Shown: positions 52,504 through 64,000 of the stretch, in pieces
How the letters are laid out: the number at the start of each line of letters is the position of its first letter
How positions within the stretch are numbered: the first letter of the stretch is position 1
Assembly (NCBI GenBank): GCA_001643675.2
Contig: LSRY02000054.1
Coordinates: forward strand, 310,001-374,000
Source of the DNA: Monocercomonoides exilis PA203
Taxonomy: Eukaryota; Protista; Preaxostyla
Reading direction: 5' to 3'
DNA: 64,000 bases
The notes under the pieces: generated by a model
What the model was told of the DNA's origin: nothing
Seen by the model: only the letters and a program-made list of their open reading frames with translations
Databases searched by the model: none
Program-made: the position numbers and the translations under genes

Positions 52504-53239
52504 GAGACATGAAAGTTTTTATCTGTGTTGAATAATTCGATTGAACAAAAACAAATAAATAAATAACAAAAAAATTTAAGAAAAAAGTTTCAATTTTTCA
52601 AAGATCAAAAATACCATAATTATAAATAATTTTATCCTAATAATGGGTTTGATCAAAATAATTAATTGTTTAACTGATGAATCGTTAAATATAAAGTGTT
52701 GTAAGCTTCGCATTTCATAAATATTTATGGCATATATTTAATGTCTATAGTATGTTTTTTGCTTCTCGCCAATTTCATTTTGTTCTCAAAAATGATCTTT
52801 GTTAATGAACTATTATTTCACTCTCGCATTTTTCAATGCACAATCATTTCAACCTGTTTGAGAATTTTAAGAATTTGCTAATTTCATAGGTAGTGGATGA
52901 TTGAGCATAAGCTTTTAGAAATTTCACACACTTTTACGATCCTTTAAAATTTTGATTTGAATTGTGTTTTGATTATTTTCATTTTATTGTTTTTGTATAG
53001 ATTTCAATTGATTTTTTAAAATAAACGCAATTTCAAATCGATAATTGAATAAAAGTTTATTTTTTCAAAGAAAAATTTAGATTTTTAGTGTTTGAAAGTT
53101 GAGAAAATTATTAAATGTTTTAACTGTAGATTTTTCACAATAATTTTAACTCTTTCATTTGAAAAAATATCAAAGAATGAACTTTGAAATATTAACAATT
53201 TGAGAATGACACATTAAAGCAAGTTCAGAAGGTTTTTGA

Positions 53240-54060
53240 GAAACTGAGATGCAGACATAGACCAGGAGCAGTGAAGGAAAGTCGCACGGGAGGCGTGGAA
53301 AATGAAAAAGGATATGAAAATGAAGTTTGTTTATGAGAAGCGGTTTTTGTATTCGGAATCAGAAGAGCTTCTTCTTTCTGAGAGTGGGAAAACCGAATAT
53401 ATCTTGTGGAGAGACTCAGACAAGATCCCTCAATGGATATAGGAAAAGGAGGAAGACGAAGAAACAGAAGAGGAAACGAGAAAGAGATTTCCAGAGTCAT
53501 CCGTTTCATCCACTTCAACGAGTGATTCAGATTCAACTTTTGTTCGATCGAAGAGTCTGTGCCCAACAACCTCATCAATGTCGAACTTGGTGGATGCAAT
53601 GGCATGCTCATCTACTCATGAGAAACTGATTGTGGATTTGAGGGATTCTCTGTTCATGTTGCTTCATGGAAGGAACGAGAAAAAGGAGATGGCGATTGGC
53701 ACTTTGAAGGAGAGAGAAGTGACAGCTGCTTGGGTTTTATTGGAGGTGGCGAATGAGACAATTTCACTCGTTTTGTGAGACGGAAGATCTGCTTTTATCG
53801 TTAGCTAGTCTGAGTCCTCATGTTGCGTTGTTCTCTGAGCATGCCATCACCTGCATTTATCTTTATTCAGATTGTTTTGATGATTCCGATTCGTAATCAA
53901 TCTCTTCAAGCTCCGCAATTGAAATATCTCATTTGATGTTCCGATGATGAGCGAGAGATTCGTAGATTCACTACTGCTACCATCTGTTCTTGAGGATGAG
54001 GATGACACCTTGAAGGAGTGTTTGAGGTGGAAAGTGGCAGAGCTACTGACAAATAAGAAG
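53240..54060 (+). pseudogene. Fragment of the cytoplasmic, kinase-like C-terminal region of an expanded surface-receptor family
   Basis: SESGKTEYIL...CPTTSSMSNLVDAMACSSTHEKLIVDLRDSLFMLLHG...LSPHVALFSEH...KECLRWKVAELL, with stops and frameshifts. Truncated exactly at the TIR at 54061. Confidence 0.75.
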
Positions 54061-57000
54061 GGCATAGGTGTAACTGTCTACCTTTTGTAATTCTGGATTT
54101 TAACAATTAATTTTGTGATGTTTCAAAAGCAAAAATTATTTAAAAACTTTTGTATGGACCGATTTTTCGCAAAAATTTTTGTTTCTCGTGAAAAAACAGT
54201 TTTTAAAAATGACCCATAAATATGAGTATTTTTTAAAAAAATAAATAAAATAAGATAATTATGAAATAAAAAGTGGATAAAAGGTCATTAATTATTACAT
54301 TGTCCTATTTCAATAATAATAATTTGAGAAATAAAACATAAAAAAAAAATAATAAATAAATTAAATTATTTTGATCAATCACATAATAAATTTTCATGTT
54401 TGAAAGGAATCTGTTTTTGCTTTTTTGCATGATGGATTGTGCAAATTCTGGCCAATCTTCCTTTTACTTTATGTTAAATATATTTCACATAAATGGATGA
54501 TAATAAACATTTTAATTTGCTTTAACAGACTGCGCATTTTCATTTTGAATATCAAAGATCATTCTTGTTCATTTCAGAAATGATTCAGTTTTGAAAATTC
54601 TATATACTAATTCCTCTTTTTTGTTAGTATTGCATAATATTTCTATTTTCTCTAATATTCATTTTAATTATTCAAATTTTGTTTTTTTCTTTTAATTTTT
54701 TTTTAGCATACCGTTAATTGATATTCGATTCAATTTGATATTATCAATAATTTTTTGTGTTCATATTGTGATTTCTTTTTTAAAAAACGAATGAATCTTA
54801 ATGGTTTCTCCTTTCAAAAGAACAACATAGACAAAAAAATACCGTCATTTCATATTCATTTTTCCTTATCATTTTTCATATTTTCTATCAGTTCATTGAA
54901 AAAAAGCGTGTTTTTTTAATTCACAAGCCTTTCCATTACATGCTAAACTTATTTGAGAGATCAAAAAACTACGAAAAAATTGTTTGATTAAATAATGACA
55001 AATAAATAACAGAATGAACAAAATTTCCATTACAAGAAGTTTCAAATTCTATCTCTATCTCTATCTCAATCTTTATCTCTTTCCCTATCTTTCACTTTAT
55101 CTCTTCCTCGTATTTGTGGATAGTCCAAGTCACTTCTCCTTTTTTCTCTCCCTGAATGCAAATTGCGTTCTTTCACATCAAAATCTCCATATTCACTCTG
55201 TTCTTGTCTATCGCTCTAATCTTTCGCTCCTCTCCCTTTCTTCCCTCTCTTTCATTCATCTTCATTGCTTCTTCTTCTTCTTCTTCTTCTTCTTCTTCTT
55301 CTTCTTCTTCTCTTCTTCTTCTTCTTCTTCTCAGCTCTCCTTCTCGATTCTGCCTGATGTTGAAATTAACAGAAGCTAGTGGCAAAAAATGATGGAACGG
55401 TGAAAACGAAATGGCAACTGGCTTTTCGGCTGCTCTTTCTCTTTCTCTCTCTTTCTCCCACTTCGTTCTGTTCTGATCTCTATCTCTATCTCTATCTCTA
55501 TCCCTTTCTCTTTGCTTGTCTCTTTCTCTCTTCATATTCTCAATCCTCTTCTTCTTTTCTCAAAATCTTTGTCTTCTTCTCATAATTGCCTTCCCTTTCC
55601 CTTTTCCTCCCTCCTTCCATCTCTCTCCCTCTCTCTCTCTCTCTGCTCTCCTCAGCAGCTCCTCTGGTAACATTTCCATCATCACTATCTCAATCAATTT
55701 CCGATCCTTCTTCACTGTGTCATTCACAATCTCCTCCAATTCTTCTGTTCTTCTCTTTTGCTTTCTCCATCGAATTGATACAACAACAAATCCTATCAGA
55801 ATAATAAAAAGAACAATTGCCATGGCAATCACAGCCCACAATAAACTTGTCAGGTTGCCTCCTTTCACAACATTGTCATCTCCACTTGTTTTGGATTCAC
55901 TCCTGTTCTTTAGGACAAATGGATCAGTTGAGGAAGGAGGTTCTGCATTCCCAAATAAAATGTGCACACTCACTTCTATTTCTTCTCCACAACTGCTTAT
56001 GAGATCTTTCTCCACACTTCTTTCAACTTGTGTTTCTGACAAGAATCCACTTAATTCAAAATCATAATGTTCAATCTCTTTCTCTTCTCCTTTCCTCTTC
56101 ACAACAGAGAATGACAGATTGCATGGAACAGGAAGCATTCCTTTGAATATCAGCTTCATTCTATCTGTTGATTCTTTTGCTTCCACACTCTCTAGAACAG
56201 GAATGAAAAACGATGAATCCCTTTCGGAAGCAATTCCTTCAAAACTGCATCCATTATTTAACATCCAAAGTAATGTGTTTCTCTCCAATCCATCTCCCCC
56301 TTTCAAACCCATCACATTCAATATTCCAGAATCTGAACAGATGATATTTCTTCTCAATGACGGATATCCTTCAATGAATGGATTGTTGTTCTCAAATCTT
56401 CCATCATTAACAGTCATTTCCCCTCCACTCATTGTTATTCCACCATCTGGCGAATTCCAGATTGTCGCATCCTTCATCATAACAGAACTCTTCACAACTT
56501 CAACAAGAGATCCGTCCCATTTGCAAATATCTTTTTCCTCATTCAAATATTGTTCATTTCTTTCCTTTGCGCTCCCATTAAAAATGCAACTGTCCATTTT
56601 CATATCCAAACAATCCTCCTCTTTCATCAATTTCCCTTTTGCTTTGTTTGAACGGATTCCACCCATTGTGCAATTTGTCACTTGCATTGTCTTTTTCATT
56701 GACAAGCAAGATATCAATGATTCTTCATTTCCTTCAACTGAAATGTTTTCTGCGTTGAAATCCTTGGTTGTTAATTGTCCACATTCATTAATATCTATCA
56801 GAGATGGTTTAATTGTTGAATTGCTAATCTCTAATGAATCTATCACTGATGGAAGAGAAGATGATAGATATATTGAAGATTTTTGAAGAATGAGATTTGA
56901 TATTGTGCATCCGTCAAGTTGTAACTCTCCTTTTGCCATGTTTATAATGTGAAATGGAATGTTTGTAAAACCTGCATTTCCATCTTCATCAGATTGTTTT

Positions 57001-59047
57001 GTAGTGAATGAGCAATTCATTATCTCAAGAATCCCTCCCTCTGGTGATATCAATGATTCGTGTGAAGAGATGAAATTTGAATCAAACACAAAATTTACTT
57101 TCACCAACGAGACTGTTCCGGTTGTTGTCACCAATGCCCCTCTTGTTCTTTCAATCTCTGATTTCACTTCAACTTCACACATTTCTCTGCTCTTCGAACT
57201 CAAACTCATCTCCTCCAGATTAATTTCTCTTCCAATTACACTCTCAGCGTCAACATACAATAGACTCACATATTCAGATGTCAAATGCACCATCCCATGC
57301 TCAATTGAATCACATGGAAGAGCGTTTGTTCCACATTGCCAGTCATTCGATCCATTCACGCTGCAAACAATAATTGTGTCACTCTGATGGATCGTCACAA
57401 ATCTAATCAGATCTGTGTCACCTGGATAATCGCAACTATCAATTCCATAAATTGCATTGTAACGCGTATAATGACCTTCTCGAAGATCAAACTGAAATTG
57501 TGTTTCATTGATTTGAGATGTGATGTCATAACATTCAATGAAAATATCTTTTCCAACACTTGCACCGTTGTCACTGAATTTCATTCCCACAAATGAAAAA
57601 TTCAATTCTCCTCTTTCCTTTGTTGCCAAATACACTCCTCCTCCTTTTCCTGAACTAAGGCTGCAACTGCAATGACTGATTTCCGATTCAATCATCTTTA
57701 TTGATCCAGACTTTCCAAATGCGAAGAATATCGCCCCTCCTTTTTCACTATCTTCTGCTTTGTCTTCTGTGATGTTGCTCTCATTTACAGCCAAACAAAT
57801 CTTTTTCTCACTTGCAGACTCCAAAATGCTCGCTCCATTTCCACTTCTCTTCACTCCTGAAAATGATGAATTGTCAATATTGAGACTCATTTCCTCACCC
57901 ACTTTATTTATCTTTGTTGTTGATTCAGTTCCTTTGATCAGAAGAAGACATCCTCCACTTTCATTCAACGATTCTCCTCGAACATTCACCAAATGACAAG
58001 AAACTCCAGAATCGTGAATAACAAAAATGTTGTTTCCAATATAGCACGAATCCATTGAAAAACTGTTCACTTTCACATTTCCTGATGAAAGTGAAAACAG
58101 TGTAACTGATGATTTCACATCTGAAAGCGTGACGGAGTCTAATTCAACCATCTTCCAGTTGATTTGATCAAGGAGAATCCAACCGTATTTTGCTTCCCTC
58201 CAATCACGCTCATCTCGCAGTTCTTCATATGCAATTCGCCATTTTGAGTGTTTGATTCGATCATTGATGTGATTGTTCTGCTAAAACTTGGTGGAATAAT
58301 ATTCCCAACGAACTTCATTTCTTTTTAACCTTGTGCTATTTTTTGTACAATTTTCACTCAAATCGGATATTTAATTTAACATCTATTTAATTTCATAAGA
58401 AAATAAATGATATTTTATGTGTTTTGGAAAAAATTTTAATATAACAATGTTAATAATTAAAAAGAATGTTTCACACGATTTGTTTGTTCTTCTTTATTCA
58501 TTGTCACCATAGCTTAATAATAATATCCTTGTACTGCATGCAAATATTCATCTTAAAAATCATAAACAAAATTCATAAAAACTTGAACGATATATAGATA
58601 ACAATTCATCGCACACTTTTAAACTACATTTATATATATGATTTGTTACATGATCTCAAACGAGGGTTCAATTCTTGGCGAAAGAAAGCAAATTCTAAAT
58701 TTTTGGATATTCAAAATATAATTGTGGGATTGATCAAAATAATTTAATTTATTTATTAATTTTTTTTTATGTTTTATTTCTCAAATTATTATTATTGAAA
58801 TAGGACAATGTAATAATTAATGACCTTTTATCCACTTTTTATTTCATAATTATCTTATTTTATTTATTTTTTTAAAAAATACTCATATTTATGGGTCATT
58901 TTTAAAAACTGTTTTTTCACGAGAAACAAAAATTTTTGCGAAAAATCGGTCCATACAAAAGTTTTTAAATAATTTTTGCTTTTGAAACATCACAAAATTA
59001 ATTGTTAAAATCCAGAATTACAAAAGGTAGACAGTTACACCTATGCC
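54061..59047. mobile_element. Nested 4,987-bp non-autonomous element with 320-bp TIRs (Mutator/Pack-MULE-like architecture)
   Basis: 54061-54380 is the reverse complement of 58728-59047 (one mismatch seen). Ends GGCATAGGTGTAAC. No transposase inside and no clear TSD. Confidence 0.85.
55560..58318 (-). pseudogene. 5'-truncated fragment of a large beta-helix-like surface receptor gene (863-aa ORF with TM helix)
   Basis: GGAIF/GGGVY, FSDNGA, CG..ALPCDSI and TM LLWAVIAMAIVLFIILIGFVVVSI. No signal peptide; upstream homologous frame is frameshifted near 58152; 3' end runs into GA-rich sequence. Confidence 0.75.
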
Positions 59048-59468
59048 GAATTTTTTATATAAGTTAAGAAAATAAGAAGTTTTTCAATCGGTCGAAGGAT
59101 TACAACCTTTTTTGCTGGAATGATCAAAAGTTTTGCTCAAGAAAAGATGGAAGATAGATATTAAAAAAAATTGATGAGGAAGTCAGTATTCATGTGACTT
59201 CATAAATTGTTAACATATGTTTTTGCATGGAGATGCTGTTCGTGAAATTGTAAATAAGAGAATGTTCACAGTTTTTGTTTGCCAATGCATCATATAGTAA
59301 AATAAATTCAACTTTAACATTAAAAAATGTTTATTTATGAACTTATGGAGATGTGATTTAAAAATAATAATTGTCAAAATTTCAAAAATAGAAATTGCTT
59401 TATATTGAAAAGCGTTATATGATAAATAACAAAGGAGCATATTAAATGAACAAAAATGAAAAAAAAAA

Positions 59469-62396
59469 CTAAAGAAAAAGTAAATTATTGAGAGTTTCCA
59501 AAGAAAGAGAGTGCCTTCTATCCCCAACAATACGTCGAAGTCGAGAAAAGAGGCGCTCACAAGAAGCTTCGCTACACGGAAACGTAACCAAGGCGAAACA
59601 AACGTTCGAAAATATCGAATGAAACATGCCAGACTTACTAATTTCTGCAAAAAAAACAAATAAATTATTCTGTAGAAATGATTGATCACAATCAAGAAGA
59701 AATGAAGAATACAAAGCTTCAAGCTTTTCCTTGAAGTTTTCCGTTTGGTTCAGAAACACTTTTGATATATAACCATGAAATCCACTTTTCATTCTTATGA
59801 ACCAGTCCATATTAATTTTCTCTTGGATGTTTCTTGTTTCTTCAACCTTTTGCTCTAAATTTTTAAGAATTCCAATTTCAATTTGTTCATTTGAACCAAT
59901 GAAAACAATATCTTCTTCATTTTCTTCATTTTTCTTTTCTTCATTATCATCCATATCATCCGTTTCATTATTTCCTTTTTCTTCAAAACAATCTTCATTT
60001 TCTTTTCGACTTTTGTTACGAGTGTTGTGAGTTACATTTTTTTCATTGATGATGAAGAAGATTCAGATTTATCCGAATATTCATCTTCTTCAGAATCGCT
60101 TTCAGCTTGTAAAAGTCCAAACTCATCGTCATCTGTTTCATCTGTTTTCTCCTAATGTTTTGAAGAAGATTCTTCACATTTTGTTGAAAAGTTTTCTTCG
60201 ATTATTTGAAGAAGTTGAACAATTTGAGAACATTCTGGAAATGAGTTTTCTTTTTTTTCAGAAACTTTGGCTGTAGAAGACTGATTTGACGGAGGAATGA
60301 TGGATGAGTCTTTTTTTTGTGTTATCATAGAGTGATGGATTTAGTGATCGAATTGCTGAATGAAACGAATCAATTGTGAAAGGGTTAAATGAGTATGTTG
60401 ACGAAGAAGAAGGTATATCAAATGACAATTTATTTGGAAAAATATCGCTATCTATTGGGCTTCTGGACTCAAAGATTTGTTTTGAGGTTTTCGAAAATAA
60501 TTCTTTCTTTCGGTCACTTCGTTTTTCGAAGATAAAAGTTCTCAGATCATAATCGACAACTTGATTTGATGAATTTGATGAAGAATTTGAAGTAGAACAC
60601 GATGAAGAATTTGAAGCAGAACTTGATGAAGAATCAGAAAAAGATGAAGATGACGGGGAGGAAACTAAAAAGGATTCGAAGGACGAAGACGAAATAGAAG
60701 ATGATGGCATATGTTTTGATTGCTCTAATGAATATAATGGATTCATTTTTTTAGAAGTGTTTTGAATCAAGTTTTGTTGATTTGTTTTTGATTCAGAGTT
60801 TTTCGTTGTTTGATCCAATGTTACACTACGAAAAACAAGTTCGTAATTCGCTTTCAGCCTATTCAATTCTTGGTTGTATGACTCAGAAAAAGAACCCAAT
60901 TGATAGTTTTTTCTCCCTCCAGGAGTCAATGAAAAGGCCAAAGAGATCAGGTTTCCCCTGTCACCTGCAAAAAAATAATTAAACAAAAGGATTATAATAT
61001 CACATAAACCAGATTGCCAGTTTTCTTCAGAGAATTCTTCAAGGTCCTGCATCCATGAGTAGCGTGCAAATGCTTTCACCAGCAGAGGGAATACATCTCC
61101 CAACTTCGTTTCATCTTTTTCGAACTGTAACTGAAGTTCTCTTAAGGGAAATAATAGTAGTTCACATTTGATCACATTTTCGATAAAAATCAATTCCTGT
61201 AATTTTGAAAAATTATCATCATGAAAATGTTTTCTAATAAAAAAACAAATATCATAAATGCAAAGCCATCTTGTTTCTATGAAAGAAGGGCATTTTGGTG
61301 TTGAGGGTTGCCTGCGGGAAATCACCTTCGCTTGTTTCGTAAATGTAATAATTGCATCTTTCTGTTTTCCGAAAAATTCGTTGTTGTTGAAAAAATGAGA
61401 TACAACTAAGTTTAATAAATGATTGCAACAATAAATAAAAATTGGTGGTGTTCCTTTGTAAAATGACAAAGATTTTTCTGTAGTGGTTTCTTCTGAAAGG
61501 CTCTGAATTGCAAGCTTCTGAGGAAGCAAGCCATCTGTGCAAAAGCACCGAACTTCTCCGTGTAAATCTTTTATTTCAGTCATGATTTGGACTGCTAATT
61601 GCGAATAATCAAAGGACGAATAGCACGCTTTAACTAATTTATAAAACATTGGCTTAGCACCCGGATTCAACGGAACCACAGTTACTGCAGTGTACTTTTT
61701 GCCAGCAATTACTCCACCTTCAATCATAATTCCGACTGAAGAATTGAAAATTGCAGCATCCCTTTCTTTTATTGCACCTTCCACTTCCTCATGAATTATT
61801 GAAGATAGTTTTCTGTAATTCAATGTGGGAAATATGGTTTCGGGAGAAAATGATGGATTTTGTTGAGAAATCTGTATGAGAGAAGAAATGAAACTATTAA
61901 ACTCAGATGAATAAGCGGACAAAAATGCAATGTTACAATGTCCAATTAACCTCAAAAATAGTTTTTTCAATAAATCATATTGAAAATGAAATGGAACTAA
62001 TTTTCTGTTTGAGTAATAAGTTGCTTGTTTGAGAGGATGATTCTGCTTCATAAATTTGACGATTGATGAATTTGTCAAAAGTGGACATTGATGATTAATT
62101 ATTCGATCACATCCTTTTCTTCCGGAAACTCCACAATTAACTCCTTCTTTGCTGTTTGGACACAAATAATAAATATGTCCATCTTTTTTCAACGTTCCAT
62201 CATTTTTCACAGGTGTGTAAGCTATCCAAACTGAATTTTTTTGAATTTCAAAGTGAACTTTTCCTATGTCTTCTCCAGTGTTATTAGGGTGCCTGTAAAC
62301 TTGATAATAATTAAAACAAATGAAATGATATAATTTTTGATCAAAACTTGAAAATATCAAACATTTTCCAAAAATAGTTGATTTTGAACATTCCAA
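59469..62396 (-). CDS. hAT-family transposase (disrupted or spliced between ~59960 and 60260)
   Basis: GIMIEGG (D1 position), FCTDG (D2), CCNHLLNL (CxxH), ETRW, and C-terminal PCSEASCERLFS..IVGDRRHSLSLETL (hAT dimerisation domain, catalytic E). Confidence 0.88.
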
Positions 62397-62631
62397 CTCA
62401 ACAAATGAACAATCACTTTTTTTTAGCTCTTCTATTTTTTTGCTTAATGCAGCACTCTTTTGTAAAAAAAAAAATGAAATAAAAAAGTTTCTGCCAAATT
62501 TTGTCTAATGTTAAATTCAAACGATTTCTTTAGATTTTGCACTGTTTTGTAATTCCAAAGGCAAGCTCCTTAAAAAATCCTCATATGTTGTCAATTGATT
62601 CATGATATCAATGAAATAATCAATATTTCCG

Positions 62632-62716
62632 TTCGACCGACTGATCTGTTCGACCGACTGATCTATTCGACCGACTGATCTATTCGACCGACTGATCTAT
62701 TCGACCGACTGATCTT
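62632..62716. repeat. Five tandem 17-bp subterminal repeats TTCGACCGACTGATCT(G/A/T)
   Basis: Direct observation. The core TCGACCGA recurs inverted at 52446, 59088 and 63005. Confidence 0.92.
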
Positions 62717-63169
62717 TGTCGAAAAAATGAATTTTTGAAACAAGGGAAAAATACAAAATCTTATGTTAAAAAAAGGACAATAAGTTATTTTTCATGGACT
62801 AATGATAATTTTTTAATTTCGAAACCATGAAAAATCAATTTCTTAATAGCAAAATGTTAAAAATTATTCATTTCCATCAAAAACAGATAATTGTTGATTT
62901 GTTTGTTTTTCTATTAATAAATCAAAATATTGAGATACCATGATAAGAAAAAACGAATAAATGAAATGAAAGTGAAATTAATATAAATAGAAATATTTTG
63001 CATTGTCGGTCGACTTGTCGAACACTTTGGAAAATGTCGGTCTGTCGCAAAGGCTTACTCAAAACAGGTTTTTCAATAAAAATATTAAAAATCGTTTTAA
63101 GATCACCACAGTTCTTGAATTATCTTTTCTTTCCCAATTCTAATCACCAACGTGATTTATTTTCGTTAA

Positions 63170-63208
<39 letters not shown>

Positions 63209-63256
63209 TTTTCATAAATATATTCACAATCTTTCATAGCCATTATTTCTGTTACA

Positions 63257-63850
63257 ATGATCCAATTTTTTTTGATTGTGAATAAATTTGGTGAAACACG
63301 ACTTTCACAGTATTATGAATCAATTCCTTTGAATGAAAGAATTGCTCTTGAAGGAGAAGTTGTGCGAAAGTGCGTTTCTCGGCCCGATGGTGCAGTTTGT
63401 TATTCTTTTTTGTGCTGGCATTTTAAGTTTATTGCTGTCTTTTTTTAGGTTCCATTTTTTAATTTTGAAAAATATACAGTCTTTCATAAGCGATATGCAT
63501 CGTTGTACGTAATTGTTGGAACTACTGATGAAGAAGTGTGATTTTAATTGTTTTTTTTGTGTGTTAGAAAAAATTTGCACATAGAATGAACTAGAAATCA
63601 TTGAATTCATTCATTTATTTGTTGAAACATTGGATGAGTATTTTGAAAATGTCTGCGAGTTCGATGTATGAATTAATTTTTTTTTAAAGATTTGAAAGCA
63701 GAATAATGAAATATTTTTTTACAGGTCATGATGAATCTTGATCGAGTCCATTTTATTGTTAACGAAATGATTGCAAATGGGCACATAATTGGTACTGAAA
63801 AGACTGAAATTTTGGAACCAATTGAGTATCTTGACAAACTTTGTCCTTAA
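63257..63850 (+). CDS. AP4S1: Adaptor protein complex sigma subunit, most like AP-4 sigma (4 exons)
   Basis: MIQFFLIVNKFGETRLSQYY...KRYASLYVIVG...[49 protein letters not shown]...EILEPI. Confidence 0.88.
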
Positions 63851-64000
63851 AAGTGAAGTGTAAATACCAAATTATTCTTGTTGTAAATTGAAGATTTCTG
63901 GCCTCTGTTTTTATACACTGTTTTGGTTTAAATCGATAATTTATACATGTAAATGTTTTTGTCTCCTCGTTTGAGGAAGGTTTTTATTTTATTTACATAA

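Larger units (their letters stand above)
52410..63057 (-). mobile_element. hAT DNA transposon, 10,648 bp, carrying cargo
   Basis: Perfect 15-bp TIRs TAAGCCTTTGCGACA (52410-52424; 63043-63057), 8-bp TSD CTCAAAAC (52402-52409; 63058-63065), and an internal hAT transposase gene. Confidence 0.93.

Noticed and set aside
62632-62716. CRISPR-like array
   Set aside because: Repeats are directly adjacent with no unique spacers, there are no cas genes, and the array lies within a hAT subterminal region.

Overview
AT-rich, intron-containing eukaryotic (protist) DNA using the standard genetic code, with short GT-AG introns and often GTTTG donors. The expanded gene families and poly-Ser/poly-Glu proteins suggest an oxymonad such as Monocercomonoides (inference from recall). 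Host genes: a bacterial-type intronless glycerate kinase running off the left edge, NAP1, a metallophosphoesterase, an F-box multi-membrane protein, a type I surface protein, a giant 3xRRM S/Q-rich protein, an RPGRIP1L-like coiled-coil/C2 protein, SRP19, a nucleoplasmin-FKBP, AP-4 sigma, tRNA-Gly(GCC) and tRNA-Ala(AGC). Intergenic DNA is rich in DNA transposons. Two highlights: (1) a 10.6-kb cargo-carrying hAT element (52410-63057; perfect 15-bp TIRs, 8-bp TSD CTCAAAAC) holding host surface-receptor gene fragments and a nested 5-kb element with 320-bp TIRs; (2) a ~2,540-aa protein (34422-42547) whose two ends appear to form one compact bacterial-type, GNAT-like domain split by ~2,150 aa of microsatellite-like sequence. 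All homology calls come from motif recognition by eye, not database searches.
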